A DNA stretch of 58,684 nucleotides from Actinomycetota bacterium (lineage in GTDB: Bacteria > Actinomycetota > Actinomycetes > JAKEEW01). The position numbers and the translations under genes are program-made. The notes under the pieces are model-generated. The model worked only from the letters and a program-made list of their open reading frames with translations. It ran no database searches and was not told where the DNA came from. Location of the stretch: positions 1 to 58,684 of the forward strand of contig JBKOZJ010000009.1 of the NCBI GenBank assembly GCA_046725875.1. Reading direction: 5' to 3'. Of this stretch, positions 38,870 through 48,614 are shown piece after piece (position 1 is the first letter of the stretch; each line of letters starts with the position of its first letter).

Positions 38870-39011
38870 AACGGTGGAGCATGGCCGAGAAAATCAGACC
38901 GGATTCGAAGATCAAAGGACCGTCACCTTGACGAATCTGGCTTCTTAGTCAAGGTGACAGTCCACTTATCTTCGAATCCGCTGATCATCTTCGAGCTCAC
39001 GGTCCACTGTT
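38870..39011. repeat. Long imperfect inverted repeat (hairpin)
   Basis: Arms 38900-38932 and 38948-38980 are 29/33 complementary around a 15-nt loop; weaker pairing continues out to AACGGTGGA/TCCACTGTT. Confidence 0.85.
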
Positions 39012-39294
39012 ACGGCAGCGGCCGGCGCAAGATCGCCCACCTCGGTCTTGCTTCGCCCGTCGGCCGGGTTGGATGCCCAGAATTCCAGATCCACGTCACC
39101 GTTCGAAGAACCAAGGAACGCTAGCGATGCGGGCCCGAAGTCTCTTTGCATTGGCCGGGTCCCTGGCGCCTGGCTGCGTACTCGGTCACCCACGTAGCGC
39201 TGCTACTTTGGGCTCCCTGCGGCCGTGCCATGCATCCCGCGGTCCTCCGGCCAGCGTCAAAGGGCCTCGAACACGCGCCACTAGGAGAGCGAGC

Positions 39295-39912
39295 ATGAGC
39301 CTGGAGCCCGATCCGAACGAGCGGCCCGACCTGTCCGACGCGCTCGTCGTCAACGCGCTGGCATTGGACGAGTTCGACCGGCGGGTCCATGAGATCGGTG
39401 CCGAGCAGTGGAGCAATCCCACCCCCTGCGCCGAATGGGACGTCCGCACGCTCGTGAACCATCTCGTGTATGAGCTGCTATGGGTGCCGCCGCTCATGGA
39501 CGGACGGACGATTGCCGAAGTGGGCGACGCGTTCGACGGTGACCAGCTCGGTGACGACCCGAAGGGGGCGTGGGACGCAGCGTCGGTGGCTGCCCGGGCC
39601 GCGATCGAGGAACCGGACGCCCTGCTGCGTACGGTTCATCTCTCGTACGGCGACGTGCGAGCCAAGCACTATCTCATCGAGCTCTCGTCCGACCTGGCAA
39701 TTCATGCCTGGGATCTCGCTCGCGGCATCGATGCGAACGACCGGCTCGACCCGGATCTCACCCAGTTTCTTTACGACTGGACGTTGCCGCACGCGGACGC
39801 CCTTTCCCGGTCAAGCCTGTTTGCAAAGCCGAAGGACGTCGGCGACGACGCATCCGTTCAGGATCGCCTGCTCGGCCTGACCGGCCGAGATCCCGGGTGG
39901 AGCGCGCCGTAG
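39295..39912 (+). CDS. TIGR03086-family (DinB/MDMPI superfamily) metal-binding protein
   Basis: WSNPTPCAEWDVRTLVNHL, HAWDLARG, DRLLGLTGR; RBS AGGAG. Confidence 0.88.
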   Translation: MSLEPDPNERPDLSDALVVNALALDEFDRRVHEIGAEQWSNPTPCAEWDVRTLVNHLVYELLWVPPLMDGRTIAEVGDAFDGDQLGDDPKGAWDAASVAARAAIEEPDALLRTVHLSYGDVRAKHYLIELSSDLAIHAWDLARGIDANDRLDPDLTQFLYDWTLPHADALSRSSLFAKPKDVGDDASVQDRLLGLTGRDPGWSAP

Positions 39913-39952
39913 GCCGCTGCCGCCGTCCACAGGATCGAGAAATACGAGCGGT

Positions 39953-39961
39953 TTGTCCACA
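39953..39961 (+). promoter_or_regulatory. DnaA-box-like sequence upstream of the DUF4192 gene
   Basis: TTGTCCACA (actinobacterial consensus), with a second degenerate CCGTCCACA at 39923-39931. Confidence 0.45.
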
Positions 39962-40012
39962 GCGTCCTCGTGGCCTCTGGTGGAGGTCCGGCGCCAACGC
40001 GACCGTGCTGGG

Positions 40013-41146
40013 GTGGCGACAACACCCACCCTTCGGCTCACCTCACCCGCGGAGCTGCTCAGTACGGTTCCGTACCTGCTGGGCTTTGTTCCAGCGCAGA
40101 GTATCGTCGCGGTCGCCGTGCGAGCGGGCGGACGCTCGAACCGTCTCGAACTCACGTTGCGCGCTGATTTGCCGGCGCCGAGCGACGTCGGCGTATGCGC
40201 CGATTTCATCGCCGAGCACCTTGCGCAGGCCAGCGCGGCCGCAGTGATCTACGTCATCTACCCCGACGCCGACGTAGAAGGCGACGAGTTTCCAGCGTCG
40301 ATGGAGACATCGCCGGCGAGGTACGACGTGCTCGCCGATGTCCTCCGTCGGTCTGCGTACATCGCGGGTCTTGACGTCTGGGACGTCCTCCTGGTCCGAC
40401 GCAACGCCTGGCGATCCCTGCTGTGCGCCGACCCGGAGTGCTGCCCGTCCACCGGTACTCCGCTCGACCCCGGCTCGCCAACGGCAACCGTGGCGGGAGC
40501 GGTTGCGGCCGGGCTGAGCGCGCTGCCGAGTCGGGAGGCGCTGGCAGACACCTTGCGGCCTGCCGACGCGGCGGTCGTCGCAGCTGTCCGGGTCGAGGTC
40601 GCGCTGCTGACCGCCCGCGGGTGGTCAACCGGGCGGAGCGCGGTTGCGAGCCGCCGCGCCACAACCGTACGGATCGTCGAGCGGCTGATATCTGCTCGAT
40701 GCACGCCGATCGACTCACCGGTTCGGCGGTTCACCCGGCGGGTTCCCGACGGCGGCCAGAAGCCTGAGCAGCGGGCGATGGGTTGGGCGGTCCGGAGGGA
40801 CGCTCGCGCGCTCGAGCCGCGGCTTGTCGCCCGAATCGTGCTCGGTCTTGGAGACCCACTGGCGGTAGACCGGTGTTGCCGATGGGCGCTCGGGCCAACG
40901 GGCGATAGCGCTGTCGCGCTCTGGAGCGAGGTGGTCCGACGCAGCCCGCCGCCGCTGGCCGCAGCGCCGGCGAGCATCCTCAGTTACGTCGCCTGGCGAC
41001 AAGGCCTAGGGGCATTGGCAAACATCGCGGTCGAGCGGGCGCTCGTCGACGACCCGAACCATCCGCTCGCGGGCCTGATGCAGGACATACTCGGGCTCGG
41101 TCTCGACCCACGGGCCGGCGACCGCCGAAGCGACTCGATCGAGTAA
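40013..41146 (+). CDS. DUF4192 domain protein
   Basis: SPAELLSTVPYLLGFVP, C.DPECCP..G, AWRQGLGALA.IAVERAL..DP. Confidence 0.85.
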   Translation: MATTPTLRLTSPAELLSTVPYLLGFVPAQSIVAVAVRAGGRSNRLELTLRADLPAPSDVGVCADFIAEHLAQASAAAVIYVIYPDADVEGDEFPASMETSPARYDVLADVLRRSAYIAGLDVWDVLLVRRNAWRSLLCADPECCPSTGTPLDPGSPTATVAGAVAAGLSALPSREALADTLRPADAAVVAAVRVEVALLTARGWSTGRSAVASRRATTVRIVERLISARCTPIDSPVRRFTRRVPDGGQKPEQRAMGWAVRRDARALEPRLVARIVLGLGDPLAVDRCCRWALGPTGDSAVALWSEVVRRSPPPLAAAPASILSYVAWRQGLGALANIAVERALVDDPNHPLAGLMQDILGLGLDPRAGDRRSDSIE

Positions 41147-41177
41147 GGGGGTGTGCGCTGGTCGACCCGCTTGGGTA

Positions 41178-41447
41178 TCAGCCGACGAGGTGTTCTGGGC
41201 GGACGCCCTGGGTGTGCTCGATGTCCTTCGCGACGGTTTCCAGCAGCTTGTGGGTGACCTCCGAGAGCGCTCGGGCAGTCGCGAGCTCGTCGCCGATCTG
41301 CGGTGATGGGATGTCGGCGGGGTTGCGCCTGGCGAGCCCATCCCCACGGAAGTCGCGGCCGTCGTCAGTGCGCATGACGGCGGTCGCACGGGTCACATCT
41401 CCGTCCTCCACAAGGCTGATATCCACTGCCCACGTCTTCTGATCCAC
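41178..41447 (-). CDS. DUF1876 (Rv2632c-like) protein
   Basis: W.VDISL.E...TRATA, GLARRNPAD...PQIGDELATARAL; RBS GGAGGAGG. Confidence 0.88.
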   Translation of the reverse strand: MDQKTWAVDISLVEDGDVTRATAVMRTDDGRDFRGDGLARRNPADIPSPQIGDELATARALSEVTHKLLETVAKDIEHTQGVRPEHLVG

Positions 41448-41601
41448 CGCGACCTCCTCCGTCCTGGTCCGGCTCGTGACTCCGTGCGGGCACCGAACGA
41501 CCCAGGCTGTGATGTAGGAGACCCGCACCCGACTATCCATCACACGCCGAACCGACCCGCCGCGCAACACCGTCGACCGGTCAGAGCCTTTCCCCGCGGC
41601 A

Positions 41602-42906
41602 TCACCTGGATCCGCGGGCCAGCGCGATCAGCCGGTCGAGTACGTCGCCCACCCGGACGCCGTCGTGCTCATACTCGTTCGTCACCCAGTAGCGGCAGTG
41701 GCCGATTGTCTTGGCAGTCTCAAGCGAGTACGCGTACTCGACGTACATGTCGTCGTGGTAGATCGCGGCCACAACCGGGACTTGATTCGCGCGCAGCCGC
41801 TCGACGTCGTAGAGCGGCGACCACTCATAGCCGGTCGCAAAGATCGTCGCCACGTCGCGGAGCGGCACGAGCGCGGGATCCTCCTCGAACAACCATGGAT
41901 AGATCATCTCGCCGGTGAAAAGAAACGGCATTGCGTCGGGAGCGAACTGCGGAAACTCCGTTCTGATCTGCTCCGCTGCCCACGCGGTGACCTTCCCCTG
42001 GGCATAGCTGGGCTCGTGCATTACCGCATACAGCGGCCGGTCGGCGAGGGAGAGGGTGGCTCCGGCTCCATGCCGGAATGTGTCGGAGAGCACTGGATCG
42101 GCGGGCCCGGGTACGAACGCCTCCTCGAGCAGAAAATGCAGCTCATCGAACTGGCTGCTCATTCCGAGGCCGAGCCCAAGCATCTGGAACCGCCGGGCCG
42201 TGAGGCGCTCGCCGGTCGGCAGGCGAACGTCCTTCTCGAGTAGGCACCTCGCGACCCGGCGAGCCAGCTCTTGGTCGTCCGGGTACCCCTCAAAGTAGAG
42301 CGCGTTCTTCTCGAGTACGCGGCGGTAGGTCGACCGGTAGACCTCTTCGGCGGTGGCGGTCAGCGGCGGCAGGCCGCCGGTGACGAAGACCTCGTGCAGG
42401 CCCTCCGGCGCAATTGACAAGTACGTCGTCGCGCAGAAGCCGCCGTAGCTTTGGCCGAGCACGCTCCATGTGGTGTCCGATCCGGCGAGCGCGATCCGGA
42501 CCAGCTCGGCATCGCGCACGATGGAATCCGCCCGAAAGTGGCTCAGGTACTCGGCCTGGGCCGCCGGTGAGTCGAGCGCGGCGAGCGTCTGCCGATTGGC
42601 CGGCGTGCTACGCCCGGTTCCGCGCTGGTCCAGGAGTACGACGCGGAAGTCTTTGAGCGCTCGGTCGAGCCAGCGAAGGTTGCTCCGGCCAGCCGGCCGG
42701 TTCGCCTTTCCGCCCGGGCCGCCTTGAAGGAAGACAAGCCACGGCAAGTCCCCGCGTGGCTCACCGGACCGGCCGAGGTTTTCGGTGCCGACGACCTCCC
42801 GGGCAAACACCTCGATGGTCGTCCCTTCCGGCCGTGCATGATCGAGCGGTACGGGGATCAGGTGATCGGTCATGACAAGTCCGGGTTGCCGATATGTGAG
42901 AGCCAT
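41602..42906 (-). CDS. Proline iminopeptidase (alpha/beta hydrolase)
   Basis: LQGGPG, DQRGTGRS, FRADSIVRD, GQSYGG, DDMYV, EHDG. Confidence 0.92.
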   Translation of the reverse strand: MALTYRQPGLVMTDHLIPVPLDHARPEGTTIEVFAREVVGTENLGRSGEPRGDLPWLVFLQGGPGGKANRPAGRSNLRWLDRALKDFRVVLLDQRGTGRSTPANRQTLAALDSPAAQAEYLSHFRADSIVRDAELVRIALAGSDTTWSVLGQSYGGFCATTYLSIAPEGLHEVFVTGGLPPLTATAEEVYRSTYRRVLEKNALYFEGYPDDQELARRVARCLLEKDVRLPTGERLTARRFQMLGLGLGMSSQFDELHFLLEEAFVPGPADPVLSDTFRHGAGATLSLADRPLYAVMHEPSYAQGKVTAWAAEQIRTEFPQFAPDAMPFLFTGEMIYPWLFEEDPALVPLRDVATIFATGYEWSPLYDVERLRANQVPVVAAIYHDDMYVEYAYSLETAKTIGHCRYWVTNEYEHDGVRVGDVLDRLIALARGSR

Positions 42907-43087
42907 GGCAGCCACCGTATGCCGGCTCCGGACCGGAGCCGACGAAATCCATCTGTTTCCCCGCTCGGCCGGAGTGGGGCTAAAGCACCTGGTCAGGGCG
43001 GTCTTGGCTGATCATCCAGAAGGAGGACGGCTCTTGATGGCGGAACACGCCGATGCGAACCGGCGGGCGGGTGAGTACGGTCAGACC

Positions 43088-43684
43088 ATGATGCTGCGCC
43101 TGACCGGGGACGATGCGGCGGACAGACTGCTGTCGGAGGACCCGTTCGCGCTCCTCGTGGGCATGCTGCTCGACCAGCAGATGCCCATGGAGCGCGCCTT
43201 CGAGGGCCCGCACAAGCTAGCGCAGCGGCTCGGCAGCGATCGGCTCGACCCTCGGCAGATCGCCGGGGAGGACCCGGAGAAGTTTGCTGCCCTGTGCGCG
43301 CAGCCGCCCGCAGTCCATCGCTTTCCGGGTTCGATGGCGACCCGGATCCAGGCCCTCGCGAGCCACATCACGCAGACATACGACGGAGATGCGGCGGCAT
43401 TGTGGAACACCGCGAAGTCCGGCGAGGAACTGCTGCGGCGGCTGACCGCGCTGCCCGGTTTCGGCGATCAGAAGGCCCGTATCTTCCTGGCCCTGCTTGG
43501 CAAGCAGCTCAATGTGCGGCCAACCGGCTGGCGGGAGGCCGCCGGCGGATACGGCGAGGAGGGCGCGCACCGATCCGTCGCCGATGTCGTGGACGAGCGG
43601 AGCCTGGCTGCTGTGCGCCACTACAAGCAGCAATCCAAGCAGGCGGCAAAGCAGGCAAAAGGTTCAACCACCCAAAATCAGTAA
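43088..43684 (+). CDS. HhH-GPD-type base-excision repair protein (TIGR03252-like)
   Basis: ALLVGMLLDQQ, HRFPGSMA, LPGFGDQKARIF, RSVADV; TACGGT -10 element 6 nt before the ATG. Confidence 0.88.
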   Translation: MMLRLTGDDAADRLLSEDPFALLVGMLLDQQMPMERAFEGPHKLAQRLGSDRLDPRQIAGEDPEKFAALCAQPPAVHRFPGSMATRIQALASHITQTYDGDAAALWNTAKSGEELLRRLTALPGFGDQKARIFLALLGKQLNVRPTGWREAAGGYGEEGAHRSVADVVDERSLAAVRHYKQQSKQAAKQAKGSTTQNQ

Positions 43685-43757
43685 CGCCGTGACGGGAGGG
43701 CCGCACCGGGCGTACTCTCTGTGGTCAAGCGGATACGGATAGCGGAAGGATCGGGGC

Positions 43758-45383
43758 ATGACGCTTCCGTTGCAGGCGGGGAGGGTCAGTGATGACCGCC
43801 AGCTCATGGAAGACGCCATGCTTGACGCGCCCCTCGCGATCGCTGTTCACGGGACTGACCTTCGTTATCGCTACGTAAACCGCGCCTTCGCCGCGCTCAA
43901 CGAGCAGCCGGCCGCCGATCACCTGGGTCGGCTGCCCAGCGAGATCTTGGCTCGGAAGTCGGGCGAGCTGGTGGAACGGATGATCCAACGGGTGCTCACC
44001 AGCGGCCAGCCCGAGAGCGACGAGGACTTCCTCGCCCACCGCCGGGTGGCCGACCGAAATCTGCAGGCGACGTGGTATCCGATCCACGGGGCTAACGGGG
44101 AGATCGGCGGCGTCGGCGTCTGCGTCGAGGATGTCACAGCGCAGCGGATCGCCGAGCGGGCCCGACACCGCAGCGAGGAGCGCACCCGGTTCATCCAGTC
44201 GGTCACCGAACGGCTCGCGCTCGCGATGTCCTTCGACCAGGTCATCAAGGTTATGGACGACGTGGCGAGCATTGCTTTCAACGCCGACTACTGCGGGGTG
44301 GCACTGTTCGAAAACGGCTGGATGAGCTATCCGCGCCCGCTCGGAATCGAAGGCCCCGGCTGGCATGAGGAGCCGATAGAGCGGCCGACCGTCGTGACCT
44401 GCGCGATGAGCGAGGGTCGCGCGTGGTTCGTGGAGAGCCCCGACGAGCTGCTCACCCGCCTGCCCCACGGCACGACCGAGACCTTCCTCGCGGAGACCGA
44501 TGAGCGGGCCTGGGTTGGCCTTCCGCTTGCCACCTCGTCCCGCCAGCTTGGCGTGCTCCGCCTTGCCTTTCGCAGCCCACGAAAATTCGGCGACGAGGAT
44601 CGCGCGTTCATCGAGTCGCTCGCCGCGCAGTGCACCATCGCCGTCGAGCGGGTACGGATGTTCGCGGACGAGCAGCGCAAGGCGGTGCTCCTGCAGCGGA
44701 CCATGGCTCCGCCGATGCTGCCGATGGTCCCTGGCGTGCTCGTGGCGCAGCGGTACCGGCCGGTTGGCGGGCAGGACGAGACCGGTGGGGACTGGTACGA
44801 CGGCTTTGTACTGCCCGATGGACGGGTCGCGTTCTCCCTCGGCGACGTCATGGGCAAAGGGATCGACGCCGCGGCCGGGATGGGCAGGCTCCGGTCAGCG
44901 GTGCGGGCTGCGGCATTCGCAGATCCTGACCCGGCGGCCGTTCTGACCGTGCTCGACCGGCTGTTCACCTGCACGGAGACCGACGACTCCCTCACCACGC
45001 TCGTCTACGGTGTGGTCACTCCGGGCACCGGCGAAGTGCTGCTGGGTGACGCGGGCCACCTTCCGATCCTGCTGGTTCCGGCGTCCGGCGAGCCGGTCCT
45101 GGTTGACCCGGGCCCTGCGTCGACCCCCCTCGGGGTGGCTGAGCGCCGAACGGCGGTACGGATTCAGCTCGGCGTCGGCGACACCCTCCTGGTGCATTCC
45201 GACGGACTCGTCGAGCATCGCGGTCGCGGCTTCGACGAAGGCCAGGAGGAGCTGATCAAGGTCGCCAAGGAGTTCCCAAAGATTCCGCTCGGCTCTTTCT
45301 GCGATCTCGTCGTCAATGCCCTGACGGCCGGCGCCGTAATAGACGATGATGTAACCCTGCTCGTCATCCACCGCGAGGAGTAG
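43758..45383 (+). CDS. PAS-GAF-SpoIIE (PP2C, RsbU-like) protein phosphatase
   Basis: PAS (YVNRAFA), GAF (GLPL...GVL), GGDWYD, GDVMGKG, SDGL, DDVT. Confidence 0.92.
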   Translation: MTLPLQAGRVSDDRQLMEDAMLDAPLAIAVHGTDLRYRYVNRAFAALNEQPAADHLGRLPSEILARKSGELVERMIQRVLTSGQPESDEDFLAHRRVADRNLQATWYPIHGANGEIGGVGVCVEDVTAQRIAERARHRSEERTRFIQSVTERLALAMSFDQVIKVMDDVASIAFNADYCGVALFENGWMSYPRPLGIEGPGWHEEPIERPTVVTCAMSEGRAWFVESPDELLTRLPHGTTETFLAETDERAWVGLPLATSSRQLGVLRLAFRSPRKFGDEDRAFIESLAAQCTIAVERVRMFADEQRKAVLLQRTMAPPMLPMVPGVLVAQRYRPVGGQDETGGDWYDGFVLPDGRVAFSLGDVMGKGIDAAAGMGRLRSAVRAAAFADPDPAAVLTVLDRLFTCTETDDSLTTLVYGVVTPGTGEVLLGDAGHLPILLVPASGEPVLVDPGPASTPLGVAERRTAVRIQLGVGDTLLVHSDGLVEHRGRGFDEGQEELIKVAKEFPKIPLGSFCDLVVNALTAGAVIDDDVTLLVIHREE

Positions 45384-45388
45384 GGGAC

Positions 45389-45601
45389 GTGTCGACGGCC
45401 GACTCGGATCGATGGGCCAGTGCGACAGGTCGTGGTTATATGCAGGGCATTACGGGCATTTGCCCCCGGTGCCATGGCCTCGGCCGGACTGCGATCGAGA
45501 CGCTTCATGCGGGCGGTCCAGGGAGCGTCGAGACCTTCGGCTATGTCCGTGCGACGTGCCCGGACTGTGACGGCACGGGGTGGGAGCGCGAGGAGGGCTG
45601 A
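45389..45601 (+). CDS. Small DnaJ-type zinc-finger protein 1 (70 aa; alternative ATG at 45440)
   Basis: CPRCHGLG and CPDCDGTG, two CxxCxGxG repeats; GTG 5 nt after the phosphatase stop. Confidence 0.7.
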   Translation: MSTADSDRWASATGRGYMQGITGICPRCHGLGRTAIETLHAGGPGSVETFGYVRATCPDCDGTGWEREEG

Positions 45602-45738
45602 TGGCGCCTGAGTACTACAAGACCTGCCCCCTGTGCGGCGGCTCAGGGCGCCGGGAGCACAAGGATGAAAACGGCAACCTCCTCTACATCTACACGTGCC
45701 GCTATTGCGCTGGTGCTGGACAGGTTCCAGCCAAGTGA
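45601..45738 (+). CDS. Small DnaJ-type zinc-finger protein 2 (45 aa; not in the ORF track)
   Basis: MAPEYYKTCPLCGGSGRREHKDENGNLLYIYTCRYCAGAGQVPAK; TGATG overlap with the upstream stop and GAGGAGG RBS. Confidence 0.75.
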   Translation: MAPEYYKTCPLCGGSGRREHKDENGNLLYIYTCRYCAGAGQVPAK

Positions 45739-46096
45739 CCTTTTGTGGCGGTGGCCGAGCTTCGGAATAGGCTGGCAGAATGCTGTGTTCCCATGCGGCG
45801 GTCAACCGTGATCGTCTGCGTGCGGTGAGCATCGTCAAACCGCTTGCCTGGATGACCTAAGGGTTGCCAGGCGGTAGAACGCGCCCGTGGATCGACCGAC
45901 CAGACAAAGGACAGGTAGTGCCGCCAAGGACGCCACTTAAGCTCGCACACCACATCGGCCGGGCCTTGACGATCACTCCCGTGATCGGCCGCGCGTGGAC
46001 AGCGGAGTGCGTCCCTTCAGGGACGCTGTGCCCGCCAGGTCCCCAGGCCGATATTCGCCCGGTGAGGCAACTGGAGTCCGAAGCGGGGAGGGCGGT

Positions 46097-47797
46097 ATGA
46101 CCAGCAAGACACCCGCTGAGAAGACGTCGATAAACAAGACCGTCGCTGCAGCCGGACCGGCGGCCAAGAAGGTGGTCGCCGCGAGCAAGACGGCGACGAG
46201 GAAGACCGCGAAGGCGGCCGCCGCGAAGGCCACCGGCGGCAGGGCCACCGGTCCGAAGCTGGCCAGCGGCAGGAAGTCGTCGAACGCGAAGTCGACCCGC
46301 GCGAAGGCGACGACCGCGAAGCCAGGGACGGCAGCGAAGTCGTCCACGGCCGGTGCAAAGAAAGCGAGCGCAGCGGACAAGCCCGTGAAGAATGCTGCAC
46401 CTGCCAAGAAGGCCACCGCGACCCAGCCGGCGAGCGCCCGTACGACCAAACCGGCAACGGCGCCGAAATCGCCCGTGAAGGTGCAGCCCACGCCTACGCC
46501 CCGCGCGGACAAGCCGGCGACCAAGTCCAGGACGGCGCCGGCGAAGAAGCCGGGCACCACCGCTGACTCGCCCGCGGCCAAGCCTTCCGAGACAACCGAG
46601 ACGGTGAAGGGTGGGGAGATGGGGTCTGCCGCTGCGACCACTGGCATTGTGCCGGCGCAGAAGGCGCCAGCCGAAGCCGAGCGGGCGACGGACCTCGCCG
46701 CCTCGCTCATGGAGGCGGCCGCGTTGTCCAATGCGACACCGGTTGCCGATGACATCGAGCTGACCGACGAGATGGCCGCCGAGCTCGCTCTGGACCAGGA
46801 GCTCGCCGAGGTCGAGGAGGAGGCCGAGGGCTTCGTCATCTCCGACGACGACGACGACGAACCCGCAGCCCAGGTCGCGCAGGCCGGCGCAACCGCCGAC
46901 CCGGTCAAGGACTACCTCAAACAGATCGGCAAGGTCCCGCTGCTCAACGCTGAGCAAGAGGTCGAGCTCGCCAAGCGGATCGAGGCCGGGCTGTTCGCCG
47001 AGGACAAGCTCAACTCGCCCACGAGCCCAAACCCCAAGCTGCGCCGCGAGTTCGAGATCATCGCTGCGGATGGTCGCCGCGCCAAAAACCACCTGCTTGA
47101 GGCGAACCTGCGGCTGGTCGTCTCGCTGGCCAAGCGCTATACCGGTCGCGGCATGCTCTTCCTCGACCTGATCCAGGAGGGCAATCTCGGCCTGATCCGC
47201 GCGGTCGAGAAGTTCGACTACACGAAGGGGTACAAGTTCTCGACCTACGCGACGTGGTGGATCCGTCAGGCGATCACCCGGGCGATGGCCGACCAAGCAC
47301 GCACCATCCGCATTCCCGTCCACATGGTCGAGGTGATCAACAAGCTCGCCCGGGTCCAGCGGCAAATGCTGCAGGACCTCGGCCGGGAGCCGATGCCGGA
47401 GGAGCTCGCCAAGGAGCTCGACATGACGCCCGAGAAGGTCATCGAGGTCCAGAAGTACGGCCGGGAGCCGATATCCCTGCATACGCCGCTTGGCGAGGAC
47501 GGGGACAGCGAGTTTGGGGACCTGATCGAGGACTCGGAGGCGATCGTTCCGGCCGACGCCGTATCGTTCACGCTTCTCCAGGAGCAGCTCCACTCGGTCC
47601 TCGATACGCTGTCCGAGCGCGAGGCCGGCGTGGTGTCGATGCGGTTCGGCCTGACCGACGGGCAGCCCAAGACACTCGACGAGATCGGCAAGGTGTACGG
47701 GGTGACCCGGGAGCGCATCCGCCAGATCGAGTCCAAGACGATGTCGAAGCTGCGCCACCCGTCCCGCTCGCAGGTCCTCCGCGACTACCTCGACTGA
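46097..47797 (+). CDS. sigA: Principal RNA polymerase sigma factor (SigA/HrdB)
   Basis: [53 protein letters not shown]; long Ala/Lys-rich N-terminus. Confidence 0.97.
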   Translation: MTSKTPAEKTSINKTVAAAGPAAKKVVAASKTATRKTAKAAAAKATGGRATGPKLASGRKSSNAKSTRAKATTAKPGTAAKSSTAGAKKASAADKPVKNAAPAKKATATQPASARTTKPATAPKSPVKVQPTPTPRADKPATKSRTAPAKKPGTTADSPAAKPSETTETVKGGEMGSAAATTGIVPAQKAPAEAERATDLAASLMEAAALSNATPVADDIELTDEMAAELALDQELAEVEEEAEGFVISDDDDDEPAAQVAQAGATADPVKDYLKQIGKVPLLNAEQEVELAKRIEAGLFAEDKLNSPTSPNPKLRREFEIIAADGRRAKNHLLEANLRLVVSLAKRYTGRGMLFLDLIQEGNLGLIRAVEKFDYTKGYKFSTYATWWIRQAITRAMADQARTIRIPVHMVEVINKLARVQRQMLQDLGREPMPEELAKELDMTPEKVIEVQKYGREPISLHTPLGEDGDSEFGDLIEDSEAIVPADAVSFTLLQEQLHSVLDTLSEREAGVVSMRFGLTDGQPKTLDEIGKVYGVTRERIRQIESKTMSKLRHPSRSQVLRDYLD

Positions 47798-48012
47798 TCG
47801 CTCTGGACTCATAACGCTCTGACCAGCACGAGTGTCCCTCTGGCAGGGGCCATCGGGCGGTCGTTCACGTCGGGAATACAGCGCCGTCGCCAAGCGGGTT
47901 CGAGGCGTCGGCGGTGCCGGGCCAAGTGAACGGAGCGCTACCCTCGGGCGTCCCTTTTGGCAGCCCGGGCGGAACGGGTCCGGTTAAGACCATGTTTCAA
48001 GTCGGCGGGAAG

Positions 48013-48039
48013 GGAAGCCGAACCTTCGATGGATTGTTG
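48013..48039 (+). promoter_or_regulatory. Putative SigR/SigH-type promoter
   Basis: GGAAG-N18-GTTG upstream of the small Zn-binding gene. Confidence 0.45.
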
Positions 48040-48087
48040 TCCTAGTCGTGAGATGAGCCAGCGCGTGATGATCAGGAAGAGTGAGAA

Positions 48088-48324
48088 GTGACCATTGCCA
48101 TAGCCCTGACCGAACCCACCGCGCTGACGGCGGCCGATCGCTGTGACCGTTGCGGCGCACAGGCCTACATCCGCGTTGTGCTCGGTAACGGCGGCGAGCT
48201 TCTCTTTTGCGCGCATCACGGCCGGAAGCATGCCGACAGCCTCCGCCAGGTTGCGATCCTCATCCAGGACGAGACCGACCGGCTCTCTGATATCCCCCAG
48301 ACCGCCCCTGACGACGAGCGATAG
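48088..48324 (+). CDS. Small conserved actinobacterial zinc-binding protein
   Basis: LTAADRCDRCGAQAY...LLFCAHH; a family usually found just upstream of parE. Confidence 0.85.
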   Translation: MTIAIALTEPTALTAADRCDRCGAQAYIRVVLGNGGELLFCAHHGRKHADSLRQVAILIQDETDRLSDIPQTAPDDER

Positions 48325-48614
48325 AGACACACCACGAAATCTTTGCTCGCTCCGCTCGCACGACGATCGCGCGGGGACCCCGGCCATCGGCTGATGCGCT
48401 CATCACCGTGAAGACGGCCTTACTGGGCTGGGCGTCTCGGACAGCCGCCTTTGGTTGGTTCGCGTCGGTCCCGCAGCTTGTGGGCGTCAGCAGGCATGAT
48501 TGCTTTACGTCAAGAGCTCAGGAGGACGACCCTGGACACCACACCTCGGTCGGACCCGCCCCGGCTTGCTGACCCGCGCACAAGAGACCCTTCCGCAACC
48601 AGGCAGGAGCGGCA

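Noticed and set aside
38870..39011. The palindrome as an integron attC site, HspR HAIR operator or CRISPR repeat
   Set aside because: Ends are AAGGAAC/GTTACGG rather than RYYYAAC/GTTRRRY and no integrase is present; the core is CTTGAC-N15-GTCAAG rather than CTTGAGT-N7-ACTCAAG; only one copy is in the window
46097..46700. Ala/Lys-rich histone-like repeats in the sigma factor N-terminus
   Set aside because: A normal feature of actinobacterial SigA/HrdB
45857..47893. Long antisense ORFs (here, 14888-16975, 33713-34984 and others)
   Set aside because: Typical stop-poor shadow frames of high-GC genes with no motifs
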